Positions 21,407 through 33,812 of a stretch of DNA of 64,000 bases are shown in pieces (positions within the stretch are counted from its first letter, which is position 1; each line of letters begins with the position of its first letter). The position numbers and the translations under genes are program-made. The notes under the pieces are model-generated. The model had not been told where the DNA came from and searched no databases. It was given only the letters and a program-made list of their open reading frames with translations. The stretch spans positions 224,001-288,000 of the forward strand of contig JAWXAQ010000033.1 in NCBI GenBank assembly GCA_034439575.1. Direction: 5' to 3'. Source of the stretch: Leptospira sp. (GTDB lineage Bacteria > Spirochaetota > Leptospiria > Leptospirales > Leptospiraceae).

Positions 21407-23107
21407 AATCGGTGCAGAAAGTTTGCTCTTTTGGTCTCTTCCTTCCCACTCATCAAAATATTTGTTATACGCCGCAATTTTAAAATAGTAAGTGATGCCA
21501 AATTGAAAAAGGGCACCTTGTTTTTCTTTCCTGGATGAAAAGCTGGGATTTGAAAGTGACTTTGGAAGTGTTTTTTCATCCTCGTCTGTGATATAAATAT
21601 TTGTGATTAATATATCTTCATTGGCACAATATTTTAAATTTTTGTAATCGCTACCTTCTGACTTACCATTAATTGATGTTAACTTTCCATTTTCACTTTT
21701 CACAAATAAAGTTCCAATCATACGATCTGGTTCAACACCATAAAAAATCATATAACCACCATGATCCTGAACTTCTCTTTCATGATTCGAATTCCAGTTA
21801 AAACAAACACCTTTTGTGTCATTTGGCATTGGAGAGACTCTGAAATTTGTCGGGGCATCGGGAGGATTCAATTCTTTTACAAGAAAATTTAGGCCATATA
21901 GAGTAGGTGCTTGTTTTCCTTGAGGATCAGATCTTAACCAAACTTTCCATTGATAAAATTTAAATTTCGGAAGTGCACTTAAATCTTTTAATGACAATTC
22001 AATACGATTCCACTTGGGACCTTTTTCTTCTGATTCGCCAAACTTTTGATTACTTCCTCGAAAATATAAAGCTACATCTGTATCTGTCGGTTTATCTATA
22101 TCAAATTTAATTTTACTAATTTCTGAGTAACTAAACTTAGTTGAGTAAATAGGTGACAAAACGTAACTCCCTTCATGAGATACACGTTTTGTTTCATCAG
22201 AATATTTAACACGATTGTATTTTGAAAATTCTTTTGATTCGAATGGTTTCCCTTGATGGATGTGAAATCCGTCGATATTTCCAAAATATGATTTTGCGAG
22301 GATTAGATTTGTAGAATCTGATTCCGGAAATCCGATGCCTATGATATCTTCACCTTGCGCTTGATAGGCTGCCGTTTGGTATCCATTTTGGAAAAGTAAT
22401 ATTTTATTTTGAATCGTATCAAAATGAATGGAGATGATATGCCAATCCTTTCTTGGAATTTGATTTGGTGCACGAAGAACGGTTGAAATTTGTGAACCAT
22501 CTTCTTTTTGGATCAAATTGTTTGCATAAAACACAAGCTTGTTTTCTTCGATTTCAAGACTAAAACCAAATTTTTTACCTTTGATAAATACAGTTTTATC
22601 CATTACAATAGATGAAGCGCCTTGTTCACTAATTAACAAAGGTATGGTGATTGTAAAAGATTCTGGGCTAGAATTGAAAAAACGAGATCCAGAAACATTC
22701 AAATGGATCTGATTTCGTTTGCCTGAAAAGTAGGCCGATTTATTTCCAAAAATTGAATATTTTGGATCTATAATATAGGAAGATGATAAAATAGAAATGG
22801 TTTTTGATTTATTTGTTAGTGGTACGCTTGTTACTTCAGGGTTTGAAACTTCACCTTCAAAATCCAAAAAAATCTCCCCATTCTTTGGAATATTTTCTAT
22901 GGGCTTAATGGCAAGTTTCCGTCCTACATTTGTTTCAAGGACGGCACTTACTTTTTTCCATTCTCTTAAATCCGGTGTAACTTCTGTTAAATTTTCTTTG
23001 GCTTCAAGGCCAAAAAATAAACAACAAACAAAAACTAAGGCTTTTGTGCTTCGATTAATTGCAACCTGCGCTCGTGTCGTCCACCTTCGAATGTTGTATT
23101 GATCCAT
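21371..23107 (-). CDS. Exported LamG/concanavalin-like plus FN3-like domain protein
   Basis: WHIISIHFD...LFQNG...YFGNIDGFHI (LamG-like); PPDAPTNFRV...FNWN...GYMIFYG...TYYFKIAAY (FN3-like). Start uncertain. Confidence 0.65.
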   Translation of the reverse strand: MDQYNIRRWTTRAQVAINRSTKALVFVCCLFFGLEAKENLTEVTPDLREWKKVSAVLETNVGRKLAIKPIENIPKNGEIFLDFEGEVSNPEVTSVPLTNKSKTISILSSSYIIDPKYSIFGNKSAYFSGKRNQIHLNVSGSRFFNSSPESFTITIPLLISEQGASSIVMDKTVFIKGKKFGFSLEIEENKLVFYANNLIQKEDGSQISTVLRAPNQIPRKDWHIISIHFDTIQNKILLFQNGYQTAAYQAQGEDIIGIGFPESDSTNLILAKSYFGNIDGFHIHQGKPFESKEFSKYNRVKYSDETKRVSHEGSYVLSPIYSTKFSYSEISKIKFDIDKPTDTDVALYFRGSNQKFGESEEKGPKWNRIELSLKDLSALPKFKFYQWKVWLRSDPQGKQAPTLYGLNFLVKELNPPDAPTNFRVSPMPNDTKGVCFNWNSNHEREVQDHGGYMIFYGVEPDRMIGTLFVKSENGKLTSINGKSEGSDYKNLKYCANEDILITNIYITDEDEKTLPKSLSNPSFSSRKEKQGALFQFGITYYFKIAAYNKYFDEWEGRDQKSKLSAPISFSFPNEVTQR

Positions 23108-23475
23108 TTTTGTACTATCCGTAGAGCCAGATCTGTGCCGAGTACTCGTCCGCCAAGAACGATCACATTCGCATCGTTATGACGTCTTGACATCTCAGCC
23201 GTAAATTCGTCATGACAGAGTGCTGCACGGATTCCAGGAATTCGATTAGCTGCAATGGAGGCACCAATTCCCGTACCACAAAGGGCAATCAGTCTTGGAA
23301 CTTCTCCCGATAAAACCTTTCTACAGGCATCACCAATGACAGTCGGATAATCTACAGATTCTTCGCTCTTAGTACCGTAATCGACCATTTCGAAGCTTTC
23401 CTCCAGACTTTTCCTGAGGAATTCTTTCAGAGCAAATCCGCCGTGGTCAGATGCAATGCCTAGTTTTGGTTTCAT
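23035..23475 (-). CDS. rpiB: Ribose-5-phosphate isomerase B
   Basis: IASDHGG, SVDYP, CGTGIG, HNDANV, FEGGRHERR. Confidence 0.96.
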   Translation of the reverse strand: MKPKLGIASDHGGFALKEFLRKSLEESFEMVDYGTKSEESVDYPTVIGDACRKVLSGEVPRLIALCGTGIGASIAANRIPGIRAALCHDEFTAEMSRRHNDANVIVLGGRVLGTDLALRIVQKWINTTFEGGRHERRLQLIEAQKP

Positions 23476-23477
23476 TC

Positions 23478-24134
23478 TTATTTCTCCGTGAATTGGTTCA
23501 AAAATTGTAAATAGGAAGCTCTGGATTCAATGGATAGGGAGAATAAAAATTTTTCCCTCTCCCGAAGGAGGGATCCATAGCGGGCATAGAATTCGGATTC
23601 AAAATTTCGCGAGCGCTTTGCCCAATCTTTGTCTGGCATCAAAATCGCATCCCTTGTCAGTTCACGAATGCCAGAAACTAGGAAATTGCGAAGAACAAAC
23701 CAATCTCCCACGGATTTTTCTTCTAGAGGAGTCAGATGGTATTCCCTATCCATATTTAATAATATCTTTTTTTCTAAACTGGCAAGATGATCTTCAGTCG
23801 CATAACTTGCTTCATACGCAGAAACAAGGGCTTCTCTATCTTCCTCTGTTTGTACACTTTTTCGTAGACAAACCAGTGAATTGATACGTGCAAGTACTGA
23901 GTCTTTAGCCAGTTCATTTATTTCCAGATCCGCCATTTCGAGGTAGGATCTAGAAATAAGTCCCACTTTCGATTCTTTTAGTAAATTCACATAACAAGTC
24001 TTTGCTTCTTTGTGATAAGATAATCCTTCCGCAATCCAAATTGACATAGCTTGAATGGGATAAAGACATATCAAAAAAACAGAAGTGATTAATAGTTTTA
24101 TAAACAAAGACGTATTAGCCTTTTGTCCTTTCAA
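23478..24134 (-). CDS. Hypothetical exported protein
   Basis: 218-aa ORF between serC and rpiB with a signal-like N-terminus. Confidence 0.65.
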   Translation of the reverse strand: MKGQKANTSLFIKLLITSVFLICLYPIQAMSIWIAEGLSYHKEAKTCYVNLLKESKVGLISRSYLEMADLEINELAKDSVLARINSLVCLRKSVQTEEDREALVSAYEASYATEDHLASLEKKILLNMDREYHLTPLEEKSVGDWFVLRNFLVSGIRELTRDAILMPDKDWAKRSRNFESEFYARYGSLLREREKFLFSLSIESRASYLQFLNQFTEK

Positions 24135-25212
24135 ATTCTTTCATATAAGAAACGAGAGTTTCGATTCCTGACTTTGGCATAGCGTTGTAAATGGAGGCAC
24201 GAAAGCCACCCACATCACGATAACCTTTCAATCCGCAAAGTCCACTATCTTCGGCACCTTTTAGGAAAAGTGTATCTAGGCTCGGATCTTTGATTTTGAA
24301 AACAGCATTCATCACTGAACGATGTTTTGTTGGAACGGGAGCAACAAACAGTGAGGATGAGTCGATTGTATCATAAAGCAATTTTGCTTTTTCCTCATTT
24401 TCTTTTTCCATCACAGACAGACCACCTTTCTTCTCAAGCCATTCAAAAACTAATTTGGCAATGTAGATAGAAAATGTAGGCGGGGTGTTATAGTTGGAAT
24501 TATGTTTTTCCATCAAAGCATAATTCATAAGATTTGGTATGGGATGTTTTTGGATTGGCAATTTTTCTTTGTCATAGATAACAATCGTTAAGCCTGATGG
24601 GCCTATATTTTTTTGGGCACCAGCAAAGATTACAGAAAAATCTTTTATATTTAATCTGCGACTGAGTAGTTCACTTGTCATATCTGCAATGAGTGGAGTC
24701 TTTGTGAGTTTGGGAAAACTGGCGTAACGTGTTCCATAGATTGTATTGTTAGAAGTGATGTAGAGGTATTTGGCACCTGGGTTTATATCTGCTTCTGACA
24801 AATCAGGAATTTCCATATAGCCAGATGGTTTTCCATCAAAGATAGCCTTCACATTTGGGTAAAATTTTTGCGCTTCTGAATGGGCTTTTACCGCCCAGAC
24901 ACCAGTCAGTGGAAAGTCAGCGGATTCTCCTTCTGCCAAATAGTTTAATGGGATGGCTGAGAACTGAAGAGTAGCCCCACCAGGAAAATAAACGACCCCA
25001 TAATTGTCTGGAATTTGTAAGAGCTTTCGCAATAGAACCAAGGATTCATCTAAGATATTTAGGAAATGTTTCTCACGATGGCTCATTTCCATCACAGACA
25101 TACCACTTCCTTGGTAATTTAGGAATTCTCCCTGTGCCTTTTCCATAACTTCTGTGGGAAGCATGGCTGGTCCTGCGTTAAAATTGTAAATTCTGGAATT
25201 AAAATTTCCCAT
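24115..25212 (-). CDS. serC: Phosphoserine aminotransferase
   Basis: NFNAGPAMLP, EMSHR, FAGAQKNIGPSG (PLP lysine), NTPP, RASIYNAM. Confidence 0.97.
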   Translation of the reverse strand: MGNFNSRIYNFNAGPAMLPTEVMEKAQGEFLNYQGSGMSVMEMSHREKHFLNILDESLVLLRKLLQIPDNYGVVYFPGGATLQFSAIPLNYLAEGESADFPLTGVWAVKAHSEAQKFYPNVKAIFDGKPSGYMEIPDLSEADINPGAKYLYITSNNTIYGTRYASFPKLTKTPLIADMTSELLSRRLNIKDFSVIFAGAQKNIGPSGLTIVIYDKEKLPIQKHPIPNLMNYALMEKHNSNYNTPPTFSIYIAKLVFEWLEKKGGLSVMEKENEEKAKLLYDTIDSSSLFVAPVPTKHRSVMNAVFKIKDPSLDTLFLKGAEDSGLCGLKGYRDVGGFRASIYNAMPKSGIETLVSYMKEFERTKG

Positions 25213-25339
25213 CTGAATCCAAGTTCTTCCCAGAAATATTGGGGTAAATATCTTTTTCCAAAATCAAAACTTGCTTTGCAGATTCGCTTGTTTGCCCTAT
25301 ACTTGGCGCATTCTTTAAAAAAAAATTCAAGAGGGTGAA

Positions 25340-27028
25340 ATGAGAATATTTCGCACCGCCACTTTGTTGGTGTTTGTTGTTACTTTAGGTCTTTCTGCTC
25401 AAACGAAGGCTCCGCTCGGAGAATCCGAAATCAAAGGTGCAAAAAGGATTGAGTTTATCAATCGTTCCAATCGTAGAGCGTCTTCAGATATCGTTCAAGA
25501 AAACCAAGGGATTGGTAAAAAATTAGCTGAAGGCATTCAAAAGGGAGATTCCTCTACAAACAATGGAGTGAACATCCAAAGAATTCAACCTGGCAAAGAT
25601 GGTAAGTTAGGTGCTGATATTTTAACGATTAGCGATTCGCAATCCTTTGATCATGTAAATTCAATTGTTCGAATTGTTGCCTCATATGTAGAAACATCTT
25701 TTCAATACAAAGCAGGTGGAGCTGACACAATTGGCCAATACCTAGTATATTACAACGCCGCTCACAGAAAAGATCTAAAATATTTTTCTTCTAAATATAC
25801 AGAAGAAGTAGTCAAAAATTTAACAGCCGATAAAGCAGGCTTAGATACAAATTACAAAAATTGGTCAGGCAAAACGCAATTAGTTATCCCGATCGAAAAA
25901 AATATTCTTAAAGACGGCGGAAAAGACGTAACGACCGACGAACTTGAGAAAGACGTAAACAAAATAGTTAGAGATAAAGAAAAAGATCCAACAACCAAAG
26001 AAAAGATGAAAGAAGAGGCCAAAAAAATGGATACTCTTCAGACAGAAAAGTTGAAGGAAGAGAAAAAAATAGTTCAAGACAAAAAACAAGAAGTTTCGAA
26101 AGAACAACAAGCTCTTGATCAGAAAAAAGAAGATTTAAAGAAGAAAGAAGCTGCCGAAACTGCCAAGTTAAACGAACTTAAAAAAGATCCAGTCAAAAAC
26201 AAAGTTGAGATCGAAAAGAAAACCGAAGAAGTAAAACAAATCCAACAAGAAACTGCTAAAACAGAAGTGGAAGCGGCTAAAGTAGAACAAAAGAAAGAAG
26301 AGTTGGAGAAAAAAGAAGAACAAATCGCTGCGAAAGAAGAAGCTAGAAAAGATGGTGGTGATACGACAGCAACAACTGAAGGAACGAAAACCACAGAAAC
26401 TACAAAAGAAGCAGAGAAAAAAGTTGAAGAGTTAAAGACTGAACTAGCAGAAGTTAAAGATGAATTGAAGAAAAAAGAAGAACAAAGCGACAACGTCGTA
26501 AATAATAAAATTCTTTTTATGAAGTTTATCAAATACGATGCAGATGGTCATTATTCAAATGAACTTTGGGCCATTGATACCACAAAAGATGATGCCTTAT
26601 TCAAAAGCCCTTACAACAATATTTGTTCTAAAGAGTTTAAAGAAATCGCAAATCAAGGTGTGCTTGTTTTAGGTTATGACGGGGAAAAAATCGAAACCAG
26701 AAAACACAAACTCGTGTTACTTGATCCTGATAAATTATCAGTAAAAAAATCAAGTGATACAGCAGATATATTCTGGCGCACTCCGATGATCAACCGTGAT
26801 GATAAAATATACGTAGTAGAAAAATTCAAAGATAAATACCACGTTGCCCGTTTCAAAACGGATTTGACATTCGAAGCCAGATCAGCCGAAGCTATCGAAG
26901 AAAATTCCGAGATCACATTCTTTGGTGATAAACTCTATGTCACAGGAAAACCGAAAGAAGGCGACAAAACCACAATCAAAGTATTCAAAAAAGAAGATTT
27001 GAGCTTAATTAAAACCATCGCTCCTTAA
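25340..27028 (+). CDS. P83/100-family spirochaete protein
   Basis: Signal peptide, IEFIN, GKLGADIL, YNAAHR, YKNWSGKTQLVIP N-terminal block, long K/E coiled coil and C-terminal beta domain. Confidence 0.8.
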   Translation: MRIFRTATLLVFVVTLGLSAQTKAPLGESEIKGAKRIEFINRSNRRASSDIVQENQGIGKKLAEGIQKGDSSTNNGVNIQRIQPGKDGKLGADILTISDSQSFDHVNSIVRIVASYVETSFQYKAGGADTIGQYLVYYNAAHRKDLKYFSSKYTEEVVKNLTADKAGLDTNYKNWSGKTQLVIPIEKNILKDGGKDVTTDELEKDVNKIVRDKEKDPTTKEKMKEEAKKMDTLQTEKLKEEKKIVQDKKQEVSKEQQALDQKKEDLKKKEAAETAKLNELKKDPVKNKVEIEKKTEEVKQIQQETAKTEVEAAKVEQKKEELEKKEEQIAAKEEARKDGGDTTATTEGTKTTETTKEAEKKVEELKTELAEVKDELKKKEEQSDNVVNNKILFMKFIKYDADGHYSNELWAIDTTKDDALFKSPYNNICSKEFKEIANQGVLVLGYDGEKIETRKHKLVLLDPDKLSVKKSSDTADIFWRTPMINRDDKIYVVEKFKDKYHVARFKTDLTFEARSAEAIEENSEITFFGDKLYVTGKPKEGDKTTIKVFKKEDLSLIKTIAP

Positions 27029-27051
27029 TTTAAAGAATTTCCAATTGGATT

Positions 27052-27086
27052 AAAAAACCAATGCTATCATGGCATTGGTTTTTTTT
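27052..27086. terminator. Rho-independent (bidirectional) terminator
   Basis: AAAAAACCAATGC...GCATTGGTTTTTTTT hairpin between convergent genes. Confidence 0.85.
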
Positions 27087-27106
27087 ATCCGACGGCAACG
27101 CCCCAT

Positions 27107-28240
27107 TTAATCTTTTAAGTATTCGATTCTTTCGCGGATAGTTTCGTTGGATGGGATTTTTTTAGCTAAGTCTTCCAACATTTTGATGGCCTTTTCTTTT
27201 TTGCCCATCACATCCCAAAGGTCGGATAATTCGAGCGCTGGTCTCGGATCATTGGGAGATTTAGAAAGTAAGGTGAGGTAAATTTCTTCGGCTTTGGTGA
27301 GGTCGCCTATCAGTTTTAATGCGGCAGCTTTTCCGAGTAGGGCAAAATAATCATCACCAGATGCTAATATTTTATTAAAACATTCTAAGGCTTTGTCATA
27401 TTTTCCGAGACCTCTGAGAGAGTCCGCATAACGATTGATAATTAATTTGTTATCAGGATCAAATTCTAATATTTTTTCCCAATAAGTGATAGCTGTTTCA
27501 AATTCTTTTTTCCCACGGAAAGATTCTGCGAGACCATAGAGAGCAAAAAAGTTACGAGAATCTAAATCTTTCGCTCGTTCATAATAGATTATTGCTTTAT
27601 CAAAGTTTTTAATCTTGCGATAACTATTTCCAATTTCTGTCAAAATCTTAATATTGTTAGGTTGTGAAGAGAGTAATTTTTCCCACCAGAGAATGGCTTC
27701 TGCATATCTTTGGCAGGCAAAAAACAAATGCCCAAGTCCAACGATGACATATTGGTCATTGGGATTGATTTGGAGAGCTTCCATATAATAAACTTCCGAT
27801 TCTTTGAAGTTTTTTAATTTTCTATGAGCATCTGCGACACGAGATAAAATGCTCGCATCAGTTATAGTTATGTGATGAAATTCTTCTGCGACTTCGATGA
27901 TTTTTTTTAAACTACTTAAATCACGGTAACAATTCATAAGGCCCATAAGCGAAAATTTGTTAGTCGTATCGCCTGCTAAACATTTGCGATAGAATTTGAT
28001 GGCTTCTTCTGGTTGTTTTGTTTTAGCGTAATAATCCCCAAGGCCGACGAGTCCATAGGTGTTTGATGGATCTTCATCAAGTAATATTTCTAATCTTTCT
28101 TTAGCTTCCTTAAACCTACCTTGATCAAGGAAACGATACGCTTCTTTCGCTAAGGCTTTTATCTTGGTAAATTTTTCATCTTCGGGTGGTTTTTCTAATT
28201 CAAGTTTATCCATTGGGGCGCTCTTTAGCTTATGGAACAC
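27107..28240 (-). CDS. Tetratricopeptide repeat protein (possible start 28213)
   Basis: About 9-10 tandem TPR motifs. Confidence 0.88.
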   Translation of the reverse strand: MFHKLKSAPMDKLELEKPPEDEKFTKIKALAKEAYRFLDQGRFKEAKERLEILLDEDPSNTYGLVGLGDYYAKTKQPEEAIKFYRKCLAGDTTNKFSLMGLMNCYRDLSSLKKIIEVAEEFHHITITDASILSRVADAHRKLKNFKESEVYYMEALQINPNDQYVIVGLGHLFFACQRYAEAILWWEKLLSSQPNNIKILTEIGNSYRKIKNFDKAIIYYERAKDLDSRNFFALYGLAESFRGKKEFETAITYWEKILEFDPDNKLIINRYADSLRGLGKYDKALECFNKILASGDDYFALLGKAAALKLIGDLTKAEEIYLTLLSKSPNDPRPALELSDLWDVMGKKEKAIKMLEDLAKKIPSNETIRERIEYLKD

Positions 28241-28332
28241 CTTTCAAATTTAACTAGCAAAAATCGACTCAAAAACGAGAGAACATTGACGAAACACCCT
28301 TTTTTGAGGAAATGGCTTGTGGGGGAACGCAA

Positions 28333-30039
28333 ATGACTACATCATCCGAAGCTATTACTGGCGCCAGGTTAATGGTTGAACTATTGGAAGAAGCAGGCGT
28401 TGAAATCGTCTTTGGCTACCCAGGTGGCGCGATCCTTCCTTTTTATGACGAGCTCTATCATAGTAAAAAAATAAAACACATATTAGTTCGTCACGAACAG
28501 GGTGCCATTCATATGGCCGAAGGTTATGCTCGTTCCACGGGCAAATTGGGTGTTTGCATTGCAACTTCAGGCCCAGGTGCTACTAATTTGATCACTGGTC
28601 TCACTGATGCGAAACTTGATTCAATTCCCATACTTGCGATTACAGGACAAGTTCCTACAACAGACATTGGAACAGATGCCTTCCAAGAAGCGGACATTTA
28701 TGGGATCACTATCCCCATTACAAAATACAATGCATTGATTAAAACAGCTGATGATCTTCCTCGTCACTTTGAAGAAGCGATGAAAATTGCTATGGGCGGA
28801 AGGCCAGGTCCAGTACTTCTTGATTTTCCTAAAGACGTTCAAAACCAGAAGACAACTGTAAGAAAAGCCACTTCCCTTAAGATTGCTAAACACCATTACG
28901 AAAGACAAAATGTAAAAGGCGATGTGCAAGAATTTGCCGATGCACTGAACCGAGCAAAACGTCCTCTATTATATGTTGGGGGTGGTGCGATCAATTCATT
29001 CGCATCTGCCGAAATCAAAGCTCTCGCAGAAAAAGCAACCGCACCAGTGACGACTACACTTATGGGAATTGGTGCCTTTCCTGGGACACATAGTTTGAGT
29101 GTAGGAATGCTCGGGATGCACGGAACAGCTTATGCGAATAAGGCGGTTCTTGAATGTGATTATATTTTAAATTTAGGTGCTAGATTTGATGACCGCGTTG
29201 CACGAAAATATGATTTTGCACCCGATGCGGTTCGTGCTCATATAGATATTGATGCCGCAGAATTTAACAAACGTGTGAATGTGGATTATATTTTACATGG
29301 GGATCTAAAAGATGCCGTGCGTGAAATGTTACCTTATATCAAAACTTCTGATCGTAGTACCTGGATTAGTCGGATCCAGGAATTAAAAAAAGATCATCCT
29401 TTAGATTTTGATAATTCAAATGATGAGATCAAACCTCAAGATTTTTTAAAACAAGTTTACGAACGGACAAAGGGTAAATGTATTGTTTCCACAGATGTAG
29501 GCCAACACCAAATGTGGGCGGCACAATATTATATATTTGATGAACCAAATACATGGCTTACTTCTGGCGGACTCGGAACCATGGGCTATGGATTGCCTGC
29601 GGCAATTGGTGCCAAATTTGGAAACCCTGACAAAACAGTAATTTGTGTGACTGGTGACGGAAGTTTCCAAATGTGCATCCAAGAATTGGCAACTATCGCA
29701 CAATCAAAATTAGGTGTCAAAATTTTACTATTTAATAACAATTTTCTTGGCATGGTGCGCCAATGGCAGGAACTTTTTTATGAAAATAGATTCAGCGAGT
29801 CGCAGTGGACTTACAATCCCAACTTTGTAAAGTTAGCTGAGTCTTATGACATCCCTGCGATGAAAATTTCTACCAAGTCAGAAATTAGTAAAGGTCTCGA
29901 CTTCTTTTTGAAAGACGAAGGTGCGGCTTTGATTGAAGTTATGATTCCTGCGGAAGAAAAAGTATTCCCGATGATCCCATCAGGGAAGTCACAAAAAGAT
30001 TTAATCGAATTTAAGGATTTGGCTAAGTTAAAAAAATGA
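28333..30039 (+). CDS. ilvB: Acetolactate synthase large subunit
   Basis: [53 protein letters not shown] also extends to 28312. Confidence 0.97.
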   Translation: MTTSSEAITGARLMVELLEEAGVEIVFGYPGGAILPFYDELYHSKKIKHILVRHEQGAIHMAEGYARSTGKLGVCIATSGPGATNLITGLTDAKLDSIPILAITGQVPTTDIGTDAFQEADIYGITIPITKYNALIKTADDLPRHFEEAMKIAMGGRPGPVLLDFPKDVQNQKTTVRKATSLKIAKHHYERQNVKGDVQEFADALNRAKRPLLYVGGGAINSFASAEIKALAEKATAPVTTTLMGIGAFPGTHSLSVGMLGMHGTAYANKAVLECDYILNLGARFDDRVARKYDFAPDAVRAHIDIDAAEFNKRVNVDYILHGDLKDAVREMLPYIKTSDRSTWISRIQELKKDHPLDFDNSNDEIKPQDFLKQVYERTKGKCIVSTDVGQHQMWAAQYYIFDEPNTWLTSGGLGTMGYGLPAAIGAKFGNPDKTVICVTGDGSFQMCIQELATIAQSKLGVKILLFNNNFLGMVRQWQELFYENRFSESQWTYNPNFVKLAESYDIPAMKISTKSEISKGLDFFLKDEGAALIEVMIPAEEKVFPMIPSGKSQKDLIEFKDLAKLKK

Positions 30040-30524
30040 AACATACTCTCAGCATTTTAGTGAACAACCATCCAGGCGTAATGAGTCATGTTTCTGGGCT
30101 TTTTACAAGACGTGGCTATAACATTGATTCCATTGCCGTGGGCGTTACGGATGATTCAGAAGTATCGTCTATGACCATTGTTTTGAATGGTGATGATACC
30201 ATCGTCGGTCAGGTAAAAAACCAACTCTTAAAATTACCCGATGTTTTGAAAGTGCAAGACATGGCGTATGCGAGTAGTGTGCAAAGAGAATTGGTTTTGA
30301 TATCAATTCAAATCACTGAGGCCAATCGTAGCGAAGCTTTGAATGTTTGTAATGGTTTTGGTGCCAATATTCTAGAGATGACAGAAGACTCCTTACTTCT
30401 GGAATTTTCTGGCAATACCAGACAAGTGGGCAATATGATTTCACTTATGAAACATTTTGGGATTCGCGAAATATCTCGCACAGGCCAAATTGCTATCGCG
30501 TATAGAAATCAATTATCAAGTTGA
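30036..30524 (+). CDS. ilvN: Acetolactate synthase small regulatory subunit
   Basis: ACT domain [26 protein letters not shown] overlap with ilvB. Confidence 0.95.
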   Translation: MKHTLSILVNNHPGVMSHVSGLFTRRGYNIDSIAVGVTDDSEVSSMTIVLNGDDTIVGQVKNQLLKLPDVLKVQDMAYASSVQRELVLISIQITEANRSEALNVCNGFGANILEMTEDSLLLEFSGNTRQVGNMISLMKHFGIREISRTGQIAIAYRNQLSS

Positions 30525-30621
30525 ATATTTGTTTATAAAACCTTGTTTTAAAACACTTACTTGCTTGACCAGGTAAAGTTTTAAGACAAAATTTTCATTC
30601 GATTCCCAAGAGGTTTTTGCA

Positions 30622-32817
30622 ATGAAAATTATTTTCTTTTTAATTTTATCATCTTTATATTTTTCTCCTCTCATCCTTTTTCCACAATCAGCTAAAGCCA
30701 GTTATCTGGACGGTAAAAATCGAAATATAATCAGTTATAATATAGGCGTATCTTGTCCCAAAAAAATAGAAGATGTGAAATCCATTCGTATGCCTGAACT
30801 TTCCGAACTACGATTGAAATTCCCAAATGCCTCTGCAGGTAATTTTACAGGTCCTGACAATGGTGAAACCTACCAATGGAAAAATGGGCTTTATAAATGG
30901 ACAAGGTCTGATGGAACCGTTGTGAATGAATGGGAAAATGGAACGGTCCAATTAGAATCACCTGGCAAGTTTAAATTATTAGCCTTCCCTCCAACTTGCC
31001 AAAATTGTTTACCAAATTTAAACATAGAGTTTAAAGATGGTTCATCACTTAACAGGTTTTATTCGCCTGACACAAAAGTTTTTTCTTATTTTGTTAAAAA
31101 ATGTGCAGGTAAAGATTTTGAACTCACTGACAGAATCTCATACTTTAAAGACCCATCTCGCACCGAACTTACAAAATATTCTTACCCAAAGACTGCCCCG
31201 ACAGATTTTCAATCTTATCTCAATATCACAGAACCTAACATTGATGATCTGAGATTAAAAATTTCTGGCAATGTTGCCGCCAATTTTTCGGGGCCAGATG
31301 GTGGGGTGGTAAACTTTTGGAAACCAGGGCATTATCAATGGAAAAGATCAGATGGGAGTATATTTATCGAACAGGAAAATGGAAGTTGGCATTTAAATAT
31401 TCCAAACCAAATCAAAATCGATTCCTATACGCAAGTCTGTAACGGATGTTTGCCGAGTTTAACTTATACTTGGCCGGATGGATCACAAATTCACAAATCA
31501 TGGATACCCCACCGGAAAGATTACTCGGTTTATTACCAGAATGACACAAAAAAACCAGCACTTCTCTGGCTTATCCCTGATCCAAACAAATTTGCCAAGT
31601 TACGAACGACTATTGGTTCCTATGAGTTTTATCATTCTGCCTCCTGGAATTTCTTTTTAGAAGGACTTCGTGACGTTTTTAACCAAAAAGCCTATTTCAA
31701 TGAATTGGAAAGAGAATATGGTTTGTCCAATGAAGGAAAAATTCCTGTGCTTTTATTTGATAAATCGGCAGAGTCCATGGCATACAACGGGCGTGAGTTG
31801 CCAGGTGGTTCTGCGGAAGGGGGCTTTGGTGGTCAAGATTCGATTCAGATATGTTGTGGAGAAAAACAAATACAAGCCCCCTCAGATGCAGTGATAGCAG
31901 AAGATACCAAAAAAAGATTGTATTATGGGACTTTTTTTCATGAAGCCACACATAACATGCATCAGATTGGATGTCTGACAAAAAGAGTCGGTAAACAAGG
32001 TCTTCCCCTTGCCAATCAAAACGATCCTTGGTTTGTGGAAGGTCTTGCCAATCATGTTGCGGCAAATTTTACGCTCTCCAAACAAGCAGAAATTTACGAA
32101 CAATTAAACAAACGTTTGTTGGAAAACAAAGTCCCTAGAGATTTTGATGGGATGTTAAAACAATCCTATAACGATTTGTTACCATATTATTTGGGTGCTT
32201 ATTTGGTAGAGTATATGCACCGCGAATATGGAAAGGAATCAGTAAAAACCTATCTGCATGCCACTTGCCTTGCTGAAGATACAAAATCAGCCCTCAAAAA
32301 AGCCACGGGAAAAGAAGCGAACCAATTCTATCTAGATGCATTGGAAAATTTTAAAACTACATATGCTAAATCTTCAAAAAATATACGTGAATGGAAATTT
32401 GGCCATCTAACAAAAATGAATGCTAAGGATCCTAAAGCCTTTGAAGAATTTGTAACGAATGGTTTCGCTAAACCAAATAATTTTAGAGATTACCAAAGTA
32501 TTGAGGATGTGCCAGATTTAAATGCTATTTTTGAAGCGGATGTTTCTAAGTATTCAGGGCTCGTGGAAGGAGATTTTAACGGACAGAGTGGGCAAGGGTT
32601 TTATCTCTGGAAAAAGGGAAATTACAAATGGTATGGGGATGCTTATGAAGTTTTCATCAATCCTGGCAGTTCCATTATGTTTAGAAATAAAGGTTGGGAA
32701 TTTGTGCAATGGGCCAATGGCCAAAAAAAAGTCACCGCGCCTGATGGATCAAACGCGATGTTTTGGAACAAAGATCAAAAAGGTTATTTTGATAAAAATG
32801 GAAAACCGATTCAGTGA
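30622..32817 (+). CDS. Secreted peptidase MA-like (gluzincin) zinc protease with repeated accessory domains
   Basis: Signal peptide; FFHEATH...PWFVEGLA zinc motif; three internal repeats. Confidence 0.75.
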   Translation: MKIIFFLILSSLYFSPLILFPQSAKASYLDGKNRNIISYNIGVSCPKKIEDVKSIRMPELSELRLKFPNASAGNFTGPDNGETYQWKNGLYKWTRSDGTVVNEWENGTVQLESPGKFKLLAFPPTCQNCLPNLNIEFKDGSSLNRFYSPDTKVFSYFVKKCAGKDFELTDRISYFKDPSRTELTKYSYPKTAPTDFQSYLNITEPNIDDLRLKISGNVAANFSGPDGGVVNFWKPGHYQWKRSDGSIFIEQENGSWHLNIPNQIKIDSYTQVCNGCLPSLTYTWPDGSQIHKSWIPHRKDYSVYYQNDTKKPALLWLIPDPNKFAKLRTTIGSYEFYHSASWNFFLEGLRDVFNQKAYFNELEREYGLSNEGKIPVLLFDKSAESMAYNGRELPGGSAEGGFGGQDSIQICCGEKQIQAPSDAVIAEDTKKRLYYGTFFHEATHNMHQIGCLTKRVGKQGLPLANQNDPWFVEGLANHVAANFTLSKQAEIYEQLNKRLLENKVPRDFDGMLKQSYNDLLPYYLGAYLVEYMHREYGKESVKTYLHATCLAEDTKSALKKATGKEANQFYLDALENFKTTYAKSSKNIREWKFGHLTKMNAKDPKAFEEFVTNGFAKPNNFRDYQSIEDVPDLNAIFEADVSKYSGLVEGDFNGQSGQGFYLWKKGNYKWYGDAYEVFINPGSSIMFRNKGWEFVQWANGQKKVTAPDGSNAMFWNKDQKGYFDKNGKPIQ

Positions 32818-33752
32818 CCTTCTAACCAACGTTCTGCTTCAAGTGCCGCCATACAACCGCTACCTGCTGCTGTAATTGCTTGGCGGTAAACTTTGTCTTG
32901 GACATCTCCTGCGGCAAAAACACCTTCAATATTTGTTTTTGTCGTACCTGGCACTGTTTTGATGTATCCAGTTTCATCCAATTCCAATTGGCCTTTAAAG
33001 ATTTCCGTATTGGGAACATGTCCAATCGCATAAAAAAGCCCACCAACTTGTAAGTCTTTTATGGCCTTGTCTACTGTATTTTCTAGAGTAATATTTGTTA
33101 GGCCACCAGCGCCACCTTTTGCCTCCGTGACAGTTTGGTTCCAAAGTATTTCAATTTTTGGATGATTTTTGGCACGATCTTGCATGATTTGTGAAGCACG
33201 TAAAGAATCTCTTCTATGAATTAAATAGACTTTGGAGGCAAATTTGGTTAGGTGGTTCGCTTCTTCGACAGCCGAATCTCCACCACCAATCACCGCGAGT
33301 TCTTTGCCTCGGTAAATAGGGAGTGCACCATCACACACGGCACAGGCGGAGATTCCGCGTTGCCAAAATACATCTTCGCCTTTGATATGCATACGTTTTG
33401 CTGTCGCACCGGTCGCAATGATGACAGACTCTGCTTCAATTTTTTCATCATCCGACCATATCACAAAAGGTCGTTTTGAAAAATCGACTTTTGTAATGGT
33501 TTGTGTGTGAATGGTTGTGCCGTATTTTGCGGATTGTTCACGGAAGAGTTGGGTGAGTTTGGTTCCATCTATGCCTTCAGGAAAGCCTGGAAAATTTTCT
33601 ACTTCGGTTGTGGTTGTCAGTTGTCCACCAGCCGCAACGCCACCAGCCATAAAGCCCTCATACATCACCGGATTCAAATTGGCCCTTGCCGCGTAAATTG
33701 CTGCTGTATGTCCCGCAGGACCCGATCCAATGATTACTACTTTATGTGCCAT
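32811..33752 (-). CDS. trxB: Thioredoxin-disulfide reductase
   Basis: [33 protein letters not shown]. Confidence 0.97.
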   Translation of the reverse strand: MAHKVVIIGSGPAGHTAAIYAARANLNPVMYEGFMAGGVAAGGQLTTTTEVENFPGFPEGIDGTKLTQLFREQSAKYGTTIHTQTITKVDFSKRPFVIWSDDEKIEAESVIIATGATAKRMHIKGEDVFWQRGISACAVCDGALPIYRGKELAVIGGGDSAVEEANHLTKFASKVYLIHRRDSLRASQIMQDRAKNHPKIEILWNQTVTEAKGGAGGLTNITLENTVDKAIKDLQVGGLFYAIGHVPNTEIFKGQLELDETGYIKTVPGTTKTNIEGVFAAGDVQDKVYRQAITAAGSGCMAALEAERWLEGH

Positions 33753-33812
33753 TTTTTACCTCTTTATATTGATTCTAAATTTAGACGAATTTTAGAAATG
33801 AAAAATTGAAAA

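Noticed and set aside
25950-26490. A-rich quasi-repeats and antisense ORFs 25880-26532
   Set aside because: Low-complexity K/E coiled coil of the P83/100 protein; the antisense ORFs are shadows.
28241-28332. Possible ilv attenuator/leader peptide
   Set aside because: No Ile/Leu/Val-rich leader ORF or terminator hairpin is visible.
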